Assembly: GCA_035221665.1 (NCBI GenBank)
Contig: CM069134.1
Location: 31,434,001 to 31,498,000, forward strand
Length of the DNA stretch: 64,000 nucleotides
Source: Okamejei kenojei
Lineage: Eukaryota
Reading direction: 5' to 3'
Shown here: piece after piece, positions 40,587 to 52,489 of the stretch
How positions within the stretch are numbered: the stretch's first letter is position 1
Layout of the letters: each line of letters begins with the position of its first letter
Made by a program: the position numbers and the translations under genes
The notes under the pieces: model-generated
Databases searched by the model: none
What the model was told of the DNA's origin: nothing
Seen by the model: the letters and a program-made list of their open reading frames with translations, nothing else

Positions 40587-41169
40587 AAGAAATGATTCCC
40601 AGCCATTGAAATAACCTCACACCTGCAGATTAAACTATCTTATTCTGAAAATATCAAAGTAAATATTCTCGGGTTTTATTTAAGCCTTACATACTGGGTG
40701 CTGCTTATTATGTGGAGAAGTTGGGGAGTTACACAATATGTCAATATCACAAACCATGTGTGGAGGCCACAACTCCGCCAGGAGTTCAATCTAAATCACA
40801 CTGAACATGACCCTAGCCAGAGCGGGTCAGAGGTTTCGGCACTGAGAGAATGGTGGGGGGGGTGAGGAGCTCAGAGACGGAGGCACAAGGGGTAAGGAAT
40901 GTGGACCTCGGGGGTTGGAGTGTGGGCCTTGGGGCAACAAGTGGAGGGTTACACTGGACACTAGGAGGGTCGGGCTTGGCACAGCACAGGGCACGGGTAC
41001 AGCAGAGCAACGATGGAGCATGGCACGGGGGTGGAAGCAATACGGGGGCCGGCTGGGCAGGCAGCAGGACATCTAGGCAGCCGAGCGCACAGAGCACCAG
41101 GTGGCACAGAGCTGGGGTGATATAGGGTATTGGGGGTAAAGGGGGACTGGGCCACAGGGGGCACGGGGA

Positions 41170-44100
41170 GGGTGCAGGGCAGTGGGGCACGGGGGGGGGG
41201 GGGGGAAGGAGGCACAGGGTTTAGGGGAGGATGGAGGACACGATGGGTGAAGGGCAGTGGGCACGGGGCGGGTATGGGAGGGCACGGGGGAGGGGGTGGA
41301 GGGCAGGGGGGAGGAGGCTTTTCTTAATAATGCGAGGGAGACGGGGGGAGGGTGGGAGGGGTGGATGGAGGGCATGGGGGGATGGGGTTGTTGAGGGGGC
41401 GGATGGAGGGCACGGGGAGGTGGGGAAGGTGGAGGGCCCGGGGAGATGGAGGGCCACGGGGATGGGGGGATGGGTGGGATGGATCGGGGGCATGGGGGGG
41501 GCATTGTCGTGGGAATGGGGGGAGTGGGTGGCATGGCATGGGGGGATTGGGCATGGGATGGGGGCATTGGGGGGGATGGGGGGCTGGAGGGGTGGGCATT
41601 GAAGAAGGGCATTGTGGTGGGGAGTATGGGGGGCATTTGGGGGGCATGAGGGTGATTAGGGGTGAGGATTGGGGATGGAGGTCATGGGGGGAGGGGCATT
41701 GGGGGGATGGGGGCATGGGGGGATGCGGCGTGGGGAAATGGGGGGGATTGGGGGGGGTGGAGGGTGGGGATGCTCAAGGGCATGCTCGGGAGGCAGGATG
41801 TGGGGGGGGCTGCAGGGCATTGGAGGTGATGATGGGGAGGGCATGGGGTGATGGGGGGGATGGAGGGCATGGGGGGATGGGCTGTAGAGGCATTGGTTGG
41901 AGGGTTGGGTGTGGGTGGGAGGGGCTATGGGTGGTTGGGGGGGTGGAAGGGAGGGTGTGAAGGGCGAAGTTGGAGAGCATGGGAGGGGGTGGAGGGCTCG
42001 GGGAGCTCATGGGATTGAGGGGGGGATTGTATGGTGGGATTGGGATGGAGGCGGGGGGGAAGGCATTGGCCCGGGATGGGGGGATGGAGGAGCATATGGG
42101 AATGGGCGCGTTGGGAGAGTGATGAGGCCTGGGGGGCAGGGGGGGCTGCATGTCATAGAGGAGGGGGGGCTGGGAGGGCCTTGGGGCATGGGAGGATGGA
42201 AGGAGGTAAGGGTGGAGGAATGGGGGCGGGGGGGAGGGGGGGGGGGGGGATGGAGGTCATGGGGAGGGGGAATTGGGGGGATGGAGGGCATGGGGGATGG
42301 GGGGGATGGAGAGGGCATTGGGGGCATGGCAGGGCGCATGAGGGGGATGGAGGGCATTGGGGCCATTGGGGGGGATGGAGGGCAGGCATCGGGGGATGGA
42401 GGGGCATTGGGGATAATTGGAGGGCATTGTGAAGATGGGGATGGAGAGCATGGATGTGTCGGGCCATGGAGGGCATGGGGGGCTGGAGGGGGTGGGGTGG
42501 GGGAGGGTGGGGGGGTCGAGGGCATGCATTTGGCGGTGGGGGATGGGGGGATGGAGGGCATGGGGGGATTGGAGGGGAATGAGGGGTGGGGATGGAGGGC
42601 ATGGGGGGGGGGCTTGGGGGAGGCAGAGGGCATGGAGGGGCATATGGGGGGAGGAGGGCATTGGGGGATGAGTGAGGGCAATTGGGAGGATGGGAGGGCT
42701 GGGGGGATGGAGGGCATGGGGGGGATGGGGATGGAGGCCATTGGGGGTGAGGGGATGGAGGCAGCGCGCGTCGTTAGAGGGGGATGTGAGGGCGCATGGG
42801 GGGGATGGAGGGCACTGGGGGTGATGAGCACTCGGGGGCTCTCGTGGAGGGGCATGGGGGGGGATTGGAGGGCATTGGGGGATGCGGGAGCGGCCATGGC
42901 TGGGGGATGGTGGCGCCATGGGGAGTGGCATTGGAATTGAGGGCATTGGGTGCATTGGGGGCGTATGGGGGCATGGCTACGGGCGGGGGGATGGAGGGCA
43001 TGGGCGGGGTAGGACGAGGCATGGGGGGGGTATGGCGTTGCAGTGGGGGGGTGGTGAGAGCAACGGGGCTCATGGGGAGATGTTGGAGGGGATGGGCGGG
43101 ATGGAGGGCATGGGGGGGATGGATGGGCATGGGGTGAGGTGGAGGCATGGTGGGGCTTTCTGGAGGGCTTTGGGGGGATGGGGGCATGGTGGGTGATGTT
43201 AGGGCCAGGGGGGGTGGGTGGCATGGGGGTGGGGGGTGGAGGGCCATGGGGTTGGTGGAGGCATTGGGGGGGGATGGGGGCATGGGCGGGTTGGAGGGCA
43301 TGGGGGGGGGGGGAGGGGCAAGTTGGGGGATGGAGGGATGGGGGGGTGGAGTGGCATTGGGGGATGTTGGTGGATGGGCGATTGGGTTGGATGGGCATGG
43401 GGGTGATGGATTGGAGGGCATGGGGGGGGTGGAGGGCATGGGGGGATGGATGGGCATGGGCGGGGGTGGAGGGGCATGGTGGGGGATGGAGGGCATGGTG
43501 GGGATGGGGGGGTGGAGGGGATGGGGGATGGATGGGTGGAGTGGCGGTATGGAGGGCAGTGGGGGGAATGGGGGGTGGAGGGCATTGGGGTAGGATGTGA
43601 TAGCATGGGGGGGGGGGGTGGCATGGGGGGGGTGGTGATATGGCATTGGGGGGAATGGACGGGGTGATGGAGGGGCAATGGGGGATGGGAGGGCACATTT
43701 GGGGTGGATGTGAGGCATGGGGGGATGGAGGGCTGGGGGGATGGAGGGACGATGGGGGTGTGGAGGGCATGGATGGAGGGCATGGGGGGCGGTATGGAGG
43801 GCATGAGGGGGTGGAGGGCATGGTGGGGGGGATGGGAGGGATGGGGGGTTGGAGGGCATGGGGGGGAGGGATGTTTGTGGGGCATGGGGGGATGGAGGGC
43901 ATGGGGGGTTGTATGGGGGGGGTGGAGGGCATGAGGGTGGGGGTGGGTGGAGAGGGCATGGGGGTGGTGGGAGGGCATGGGTGGGAATGGAGGGCATGGG
44001 GGGTGTAGATGGAATGGGTATGGGGGGATGGAGGGGGGGAGTGATGGAGGGATGGCGGGTGGAGGCAGGGCATTGGGGGGGTGGGGGTGGGGGGTGGAGG

Positions 44101-44690
44101 GCTATGGGAGGGGATCGAGGGTCTATGGGGGGGGGAGGGCATTGGGGGGGTGTTGGGAAGAGGCGATATGGGCTGGCGGTATGGGGGGCATGTGTGGAGC
44201 ATGGGTTGGAGGCAGGGGGGGGGATGGAGGGCATGGGGAGTGGTCGGAGGGCATGGGGGGGGGATGGCCATGGGGGGATGGAGGATGGAGGGCAAGTGGG
44301 AGGGTGGAGGGTTAGGGGGGTATGGAGGTCTATTGGGGGGATGGAGGGGGGGGTGCAAGCAGTGGAGGGCATGGGGGGTGGTAGGCTATGAATTGGGTGG
44401 GTGTGAGGGTCATGGTGGGGATGCGAATGAGTGGTGGAATGGAGGGCATGGGGGGATGGAGGGAGATGGAGGGCTGGGGAGGATGGGGGTGGGAGGATGG
44501 TATGGGCATTGCAGATGAAGGGCATGAGGGGTGTGTGCATTGGGGGGAGGGGCATGGATGGAGGGATGAGGCATTGGGGGGGATGTGGGGGTGGGAGGGC
44601 AGGGTTGAGACGGGTGGAGGGCATTGGGGGGGGGGCATGGGGGTGTGAGATGATGGAGGGCCATTCTGGAGGGGCAGGGGGGATGGGAGA
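41170..44690. repeat. G-rich degenerate minisatellite (GGGGGATGGAGGGCAT-like)
   Basis: About 3.5 kb of imperfect units of roughly 16 bp with extreme G skew; the source of many spurious Gly/Pro ORFs. Confidence 0.95.
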
Positions 44691-44732
44691 CGTTGGGCTG
44701 GTCTCTGGGCGGTGCGAGGGCCCGGGTCTTAC

Positions 44733-44834
44733 ACAAGCGCGGCAACAGCGGGCAGCGCCAGTAAAGTCCAGGAGGCTCAGGCGGCGGCTCGGGCCGGTTT
44801 AGGCGCGCGGTTACTGGGCGGGGGAGGAGGACAT
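44733..44834 (-). CDS. AFG3L2: AFG3L2 exon 1 candidate (mitochondrial presequence); frame disrupted as assembled
   Basis: Only CpG-island-like, non-repeat segment with an ATG (44834-44832) and a GTAAG donor (44732-44728) upstream of exon 2; 102 nt, phase 0. The 3' part reads SRRLSLLDFTGAARCCRAC, but two TAA codons lie in the ATG frame. Confidence 0.55.
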
Positions 44835-44960
44835 GACAGCGACGACCACCCGCTGCCCGCGGCCAGCGTCAGCGCTGACCGACGCTGACCGGCGTGTTAC
44901 GTCATGCGAAGCCCGCCTGCCCGCCTGCGTCTGACGTATTGTCGCCCTCCCACGTCGGTG
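44835..44960 (-). promoter_or_regulatory. Probable AFG3L2 CpG promoter/5'UTR
   Basis: CpG-dense and directly upstream of the exon 1 candidate; CRE/ATF-like TTACGTCA (44897) and TGACGTA (44932); GC-rich CCCGCC boxes. Confidence 0.55.
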
Positions 44961-45019
44961 TGGGGGGTGAGAGGCGCTATGCAGTTCCTTCTTTTAAAAC
45001 GGGAGTGGGGACTATGTGC

Positions 45020-47470
45020 AGCCTGGCTGAGGGGTGGGGGCACGGGGACTGTGGGGGCTGCGAGTGACTGCCTATTGGAGGGACTGTGGGGGACCGGGGA
45101 CAGTGGAGGGCGATGGGGGAGCAGATGGAGGGACTTGGGGGGGGGTGGAGGGCGTACTGTGGGGGCACGGGACAGTGGGGGCACGGGGCTGTGGGGCTCA
45201 CGGGGGCAGTGGTGGGACATGAGGGGTATAAATGGGGGGTGGGACACTGTGGCACAGTGGGGGGGGGCAGTGTAAGGTGGGACAGTGGAGGACGATGGGG
45301 TCTTGAACGGGGGCGGGGGTGGGGACACGCGGAGAGGGGACACGAGGGATGTTCTCACATGGGGGACACGCTGGACTGTGGCTATGCCGCACGGGGGATG
45401 TGGGGACGTAAGGAGTGGGTCACTCGTTGCTGTGCGTGTCCAGTGCCGGCGGTGTCATCCAGAGCGGCGGACTGGGGACACGGGGGCAGTGGGTACACGG
45501 AGACTGTGGGGACACAGGGGCTGTGGGTCCACGGGGACTGTGGCGGACACGGGGGCAGTGGGGGACACGGGGCTGTGGGGACAGTGGGACCGGTGAAGAC
45601 TGTAAGGGACACGATTTGGACTGTGGGGACCGGGGGGCTAGTGGGGACACCCCCCCCCCCCCGGGGGGGACGGGGACTGTGGTGACACGGGGCAGTGGGT
45701 ACACGGGGGACTGTGGGACACGGGGGCAGTGGGGACACAGGGGCAGTGGGGACAGTGGGGAACGGTGACTGTTTGGGACACGGGGACTGTGGGGACACTG
45801 GGGGGGATCTGTGGTACGGGATGACACGGGGCAGTGGAGACACGGGGGGGGGCAGTGGGGACACGGGGACTGTGGGGACACGGGGCGTGGGGACACGACT
45901 CGGGGGCAATGGGGGCACCTGTGGGGGACAGTTGGGGCACAGGGACTAGGGGGGACACGGGGGCAGTGGGGACAGTTGGGACACGGGGACACGGGGGCAG
46001 TGGGACAGGGGGGCAGGGACACGGGGGGCAGTGGGGACAGTTGGGACACGGGGACAGTGGGGACACGGGGTGTGAGATACGCTTTGTGCTCACAATCACT
46101 GCTCAAAGACTAAATCTTGGAAGCAAGAGATTCTTTATTTTTCACGAATCTGCAGAACCGGGTGCCTCTCCAAGTCGAGACACACCGAAGTCAGAGAAGT
46201 CATCCCCCTTTATACACACAATTTTACATTCAACCTCCCCTCCGGACCCTTCTCCAATCAGGGTCTGAGGTGCACAATCTGTAGGTACATCCCCCCAGTA
46301 CCTCCCATATCATACATCGCATGTCCAGACATGTTCAGGGTAATGAGCAGTTTCTTGACCAGGGATGTGTTGTAATATTCATTTATTTTATTAAGCATGC
46401 TCAGTTGCTCATGACCTACCCTAGTTTTACTCACCTCCAAGTGAACCCTCTCAGTTCTCCTATATCAGTACTAAAGCTAAGCTATAGTGACAAGGGTCCC
46501 ATCTATCACTCCATTCTACTGATAGAGATCTCTCTACATCACTCCCTTCTACCGCTATTCAATGCTATTACTTCTTACTCAAGGATGGGTCTGGTAACTT
46601 TTATACACAGCTGTGTCAGAACCCTCTCCCTGGCCCATATTTGAATCCTCTTTAAGACTCCTTACTATAATGGGGTTTAATCACTTTATCCCTCACACGG
46701 GGGCAGTTGGGACAGTGGAGACACGGGGACAGTTGGGACACGGGGACTGTGATAGTTGGGACACGGGGACAGTTGGGACACGGGGACTGTGACAGTTGGG
46801 ACACGGGTACAGTTAGGACACAGGGTGTTGGGACACGGGGACTGGGGCACGGGGACAGTTGGGGCACGGGGTGTTGGGACACACAGAGAGTTGGGACACG
46901 GGGACTGGGGCACGGGGACAGTTGGGACATGGGAACAGTTGGGACACGGGGACTGGGGCACGGGGACAGTTGGGACACGGGGTGTTGGGACACGGGGACT
47001 GGGGCACGGGGACAGTTGGGGCACGGGGACAGTTGGGACACGGGGACAGTTGGGACACGGGAACAGTTGGGACACGGGGACAGTTGGGACACGGGGACAG
47101 TTGGGACACGGGAACAGTTGGGACACGGGGACAGTTGGGACACGGGGTGTTGGGACACGGGGACTGGGGCACGGGGACAGTTGGGGCACGGGGACAGTTG
47201 GGACATGGGAACAGTTGGGACACGGGGACAGTTGGGACACGGGGTGTTGGGACACAGGGACTGGGGCACGGGGACAGTTGGGACACGGGGACAGTTGGGA
47301 CACGGGGACAGTTGGGACACGGGGACTGTGACAGTTGGGACACGGGTACAGTTGGGACACAGGGTGTTGGGACACGGGGACTGGGGCAGTTGGGACACGG
47401 GGACAGTTGGGACACGGGGCAGTTAGGACACGGGGACTGGGACACGGGGACAGTTGGGACACGGAGACTG
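45020..47470. repeat. GGGACACGGGGACAGTT-type minisatellite, split by a solo LTR
   Basis: Units of about 17 bp, degenerate at 45020-46070 and more homogeneous at 46698-47470. Confidence 0.93.
46071..46697 (-). mobile_element. Solo LTR (ERV-like or other family with 5-bp TSD)
   Basis: TGTGAG...CTCACA termini; CGGGG TSD on both sides; on the minus strand, GTATAAA (46215-46209) then AATAAA (46139-46134). Confidence 0.85.
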
Positions 47471-47499
47471 GGGCAACCCGGCCACTCACCCCCCCCCGG

Positions 47500-47741
47500 A
47501 CACGTGACGCTTCAGGCTTCAGGCAGTTGTTCCTCCCGAGCTGACGTCACGCCGTTGCCCCGCCCACGGAGACGTCACAGCGTGTGGCATCCCGCGCTGA
47601 CGTCACACAACATCTCCGCCCGCGATGACGTCATGCCGCAGCCGCTCCTGCGGTGACGTCGCCCCCGGACACAGTTACGTCACGGGCTCGCCCAAGCCCC
47701 GGGCAAAGTGCGGCCCCAGCCGGCCGCTGCTCCCTCTCACC
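47500..47741 (+). promoter_or_regulatory. CpG island with a phased CRE array
   Basis: TGACGTCA at 47542, 47598 and 47626; AGACGTCA at 47570; TGACGTCG at 47654; TTACGTCA at 47675. The first five are exactly 28 bp apart. Confidence 0.7.
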
Positions 47742-47888
47742 ATGTCCCTGATACTCTTCTGTCTGTGTCGCTGCTGCATGCTCTGCCCCTCCCTTTGCCT
47801 CTTCATCTTCTTCACGATCATTTTCTTTGTCATTTATCTGCTCGACTCCTACGAGTTCATAAACCTGCCGCCTGAAGAAATGCGCTGA
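47742..47888 (+). CDS. Putative 48-aa Cys-rich single-pass membrane micropeptide, or first exon of an unknown gene
   Basis: CACCATG context; MSLILFCLCRCCMLCPSLCLFIFFTIIFFVIYLLDSYEFINLPPEEMR*; lies in non-repetitive CpG-rich sequence after a CRE array; GTGAGC donor at 47929. Confidence 0.4.
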   Translation: MSLILFCLCRCCMLCPSLCLFIFFTIIFFVIYLLDSYEFINLPPEEMR

Positions 47889-50800
47889 CCCCCCCTTCAC
47901 TCTCGGCGGGCTGAGAAATCCTCAAATGGTGAGCCAAACGGCGGACACAAGGGAGATACCCATCAGGCCTGTCCAGCACCAGCCCGATGTTTCAGTGACA
48001 TCTGGAAAAGGTAGGGACAGGTCAGATCGTTGATGTACCTGACATGTACCTGATCAAATGATGTGCTGACATGGTGAAGCAGCTTCCACCATAGCTTCGA
48101 TCAGGCAACCCTGCCGTCATGCAATCCTCGAAAAAGAACAAGATGAAACCTGAGAGACACAAAATGCTGGAGTAACTCAGCGGGACAGGCAGCATCTCTG
48201 GAGTGAATAAAATGGGTGATGTTTCGGATTGCGACCCTTCTTCCGACTGAAAGTCACGGGGAATGGAAACGAGAGATATAGACAATGATGCAGAGAGATA
48301 TAGAACAAATGAATGAAAGATGTGGAAAAAAGTAACAATGATAAAGGAAACAGGCCAGTGTAATGTAGCTAGAACTAGATGTTTCAGTCTGAATAAGGGT
48401 CATGATCCGAAACGTCACCCATTTCTTCACTCCATGCTGCCTGTCCCGCTGAGTTACACCATTTTGTGTCTATCTTCGATTTAAACCAGCATCTACAGTT
48501 CTTTCTTACACAAGATGAAATCTGATATCAATTTACTAAGTAAATGCCAAATGTGCTGTTGGAATTACTCAGGTTAGGCAACATCTATGGAGCGAAAAAC
48601 AGACCTAGCAAACCAAATCAATAAAAAGTTAGATATAAAGAGATATAGGAAAAAATGATGGGGGGGGATGGAGATTCATAATTGAAGCTCCGAGATGGAG
48701 TGCAATGCAGGGGAGATCAAATGATGTAATATAAGACGATGCAAAGCCAAAAGGAATGGTGATAGGGCAAAATATTGTGAATCACTATCTAAAATAGTTA
48801 CGTTCAACATGTTCTCATGTGCACCCCGCTCATCAGACTGAGTGGAATATAGATTCAAAGGGAATAAGTCTTAACATTGGTATGTATCCCCAATGAGATC
48901 ATAATACAGATAATACTATCCTACCTAACCTGTAATTCCTTCCACTTTGAGAAACGAATTAATCTCCTGTTCCAACACGTACAATGAATTCAAACCTGCT
49001 GGACAACTTATTCCAAAGGTCCATGACTTTCAATGAAAAGTAATTCATAATATTTATTTTGATTGTCTGTTGTTGTATTATATTGTATTGTATTGTAACT
49101 ATGTCAGTGGATCAGTTCTGAGTTTATTTGAAATGCAAAATTCAAATAAATCCTTCATAGATGATTAGGAAACCCTCTGGAAGATTGTAATTTTGTTCAA
49201 ACTATTTTTTTGGGCTCCTACTACAAAAGATTTTGAACATACACACAGACCAAACTGTTTTACAAGGTAGAGAGTAGAAAACAATATTTACAAGTAGGGA
49301 TTGCGTCGAGAAAGGGATAAAAGATTTTTTCGAGGCCTGCAGATAGTATAACGTGATTGGATTAGCAATATAACAGTTTTCTAATGTAAAACATTTAGGT
49401 CAGTAAACAAAACCTCAAAGTACAATCTAATATGATTTGAAACTTTGAAACTAAGCAGACCATTTCAAATGGACAAAGACATTAGAATGTTGCATTCCAA
49501 ATTCCATTTGGATTGAAATAAAACTCAAACTGCTGGAGGAACTCAGCGGGTCAGGCAGCATCTGGGAAGGGAATAGACGTTTCGGCTCGGGGCCCTCATT
49601 TTTGAAACGTCGCCTGATCTCCCCCCCCCCCCCCCCAGATGCTGCCCGATCCGATTAATTTCTCCTACACTTCGTATTTTGCTCAAGATTCCAGCATCTG
49701 CAGAGTCTTGTGTCTCTATTTGGATGGATTGAATGAATAGCATATTTGTTACTGGGGCAGAATATTTTCCAATGAATTTTATGCGATTATGAGTCTGAGT
49801 GAGAGGTGTATGAGCGACGGGGATGGGGGGGGGGAGAGAACGACTGCGACTTATTACAAGAAATACTCGTGTTAGTAACGGTATCACCTACAGCTAACTC
49901 TACGCATTGGGTCTAATTGAAACCCTCACTCCTACCATTCTCCACCCTCTGTTGCTTTTAAAATAAAGTAGGATATAGCTAAGCGCAAGGCTTCATAACA
50001 TTTTTTAATAGCGATCTGGTAAAGAACACAAATTGCATTCAGAGTGTAAAAGGCGGGGACTCTTTAGCAGTACCTCCAACAAGTTTCCTTATAACTATAA
50101 CCAACCCACGTTGGTCAGCTGATCTGCACATTGACACATCGTTTGTGCGTATTGCGTCATGACGTAAACGCCCCCTCTTAGATAGTTAATTCATCATAAA
50201 CCTCATCTCCAGCTCAACAAAGTCATTTTGATCCCGACCCAAACCCTGAAATGACCTTTCTTGCTTCTCTGTTCTACCGTTTCTGCCGGCATTTGACTTT
50301 TTGTGTGATGGTGTTTATTTTCATTTTTGTTTTGGCTTTCCTGTTTGCTTTTGACTTAGAATCCCACTTGCCCGACTACCAAATATTTTAGTGGCTATTT
50401 GTCACAGCTAGGGCTGCCACCTGTCGATCGTTGTGCGTTGTGCGTGGTCGGGCTGCCAACTTCACGCCGAGAAATTGTGGAATGAGATATAAGGTAAGGC
50501 AAATTACAAACGCATCTAAATTCGAGTTTAATTTGGTTTAACCCGTTTTTGGATCATTGATGCCAAGATCAACTCTTATCTGCCTGCACACAATCCATAC
50601 CTCTCCATTCACTTTATATCCAGATGCTTACCCAAACATATTTTAAATGCCACTATCATATCTGCCACAACTATCAAATCCTGGCAGCTCGTTCAAGGCA
50701 CTCGTCTTGTTAAAGAAAAAAATAGGATTTTCCTGACTGAAAATAAGTTTTTGCTAGATCTTTAATCAGCATACTTAACAAATCGCAAAGAGTGTCAGGT

Positions 50801-52489
50801 GGTTATTTTGCAGAAACATTTTTCAGGGTACCAAATAATTATCACGCGTTGAACGCTTGTGAATCAGATTAATTTACACAGAATGAAGAACAAATAAACC
50901 GTGAATACAATACGGTAATAAACATCAACACTATTTAAAACAAACTGCGCAGACTAATCACCAGATATGAAATATCGGTTACTTTCTGGTGGGCCTCGTC
51001 CTTTGAGCTGCTCCTTTAACCCAACCAAGTCAGAAGTTAAACAAGTAAGAGGTTGGGTCGCAAAGCATAGAAACATAGAAATTAGGTGCAGGCCATTCGG
51101 ACCTTCGAGCCTGCACCGCCATTCAATATGATCATGGCTGATCATCCAACTCAATCCACCCCAAATCGTTCACGGATTTCAAGTCTATTCTTTTGTACGA
51201 ATAGGTTGTACTAACGCGTCCTCCTGACAGTAACAATAATCGTTTGAAATAAGTAAACTTAAAATGATGGATGTTTACTGAGTTCGGAAACAACATGTTC
51301 AAGGGTCAAGATTTCTTTAATGCCAACGATACAAGTGTCACATTTTATTTTTGCACAGGGAATATGCGAACGACATGGAGACGCAAGACAATGCAGATGC
51401 TGGGATCTGGAACAAAAAACAAACAGCTGAAGAACCTAGAAACAAACTGCTCGAGGACAAAAAGGCAAACTGCTGGAGGTACTTGCGGCAGACAAACGTA
51501 GACTGACTATTTCTCTCTGCAGAATTCCCCCAGTAGTTGATTTGCTCCAGATTCCAACATCTGCAGTCTCTTATGTCTCCAAACTCCTGAAGGAACCCGG
51601 TGAGTCAGGCAGCATCTGTGGGTGTTTTTGGGTCGCAAACCTGCATCAGAATCACCCCTCTACTTCTTCAGATGCCGCCCGATCCGCTGAGTCGTAGATT
51701 CATACAGCATGGTCATACAGACCCTTCGGTCCAACCTTGCCCCACCATATCCCATCTACACTAGTCCTACCTGCTTGCGTTTGGCCCACATCCCTCGAAA
51801 CCTTTGCGATCCGTGTACCTGTCCAAAGACAAACTGGGGCCTTCGGTTTGTCTTTGCATATAAGAATAACATGGGAAATCTTGAGTTAAAATAGCTAATT
51901 CTAGGAATTTAGAGAAGGGTCAGGCGGAGGCAAGAATGTTTTCAAGAGAGTTAGATTTAGCTCTAAGGGCTAAGGGAATCAAGGGAAATGAGGGAAAAGC
52001 CGGAACGAGGTACTGATTTTGGATGATCAGCCATGATCATATTGAATGGCGGTGCTGGCTCAAAGGGCCGAATGGCCTACTCCAGCACCTATTCTCTATG
52101 TTCTATGTTCTCATTTGCATCGAAATAATGACATTCTTACTTGCTGCAGCTTTACAAGGATGTCATTGTTCCAGCATTGGGGGTGTTGATCTGATGCACG
52201 AATGACTCAATATTGTCACAACAGATGCTGCACTAGCTGCTGGGACGTTTAAAGATTAATGTTCAGCTGTAACTGGAGCAATCGCGGGAGCATTGACAGA
52301 GATCACCGACAATTGTCAGCTGGACGAAATGTGTAGGAAGGAGCTGCAGCTGGTGGTTCACGCCGCGGCTGCTGGAGTAACCCAGCGGGACAGGCAGCGT
52401 CTCTGGAGAGGAGGAATGGGTTGTTGTCAGCTGGACTGGAGGCTGGTGCATGGGCAGCGCGTGCGCTCTGGAGCTTGAAGGACGGCTGG

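Noticed and set aside
40813-47656. Many long Pro/Gly/His/Cys-rich ORFs (up to 783 aa)
   Set aside because: They are open in nearly all frames on both strands because the G-rich satellites lack stop codons; there is no coding signal.
47542-47682. CRISPR-like look of fixed-period motifs with variable spacers
   Set aside because: The repeat is only 8 bp and is the CRE motif, the context is vertebrate and there are no cas genes; treated as a regulatory array.
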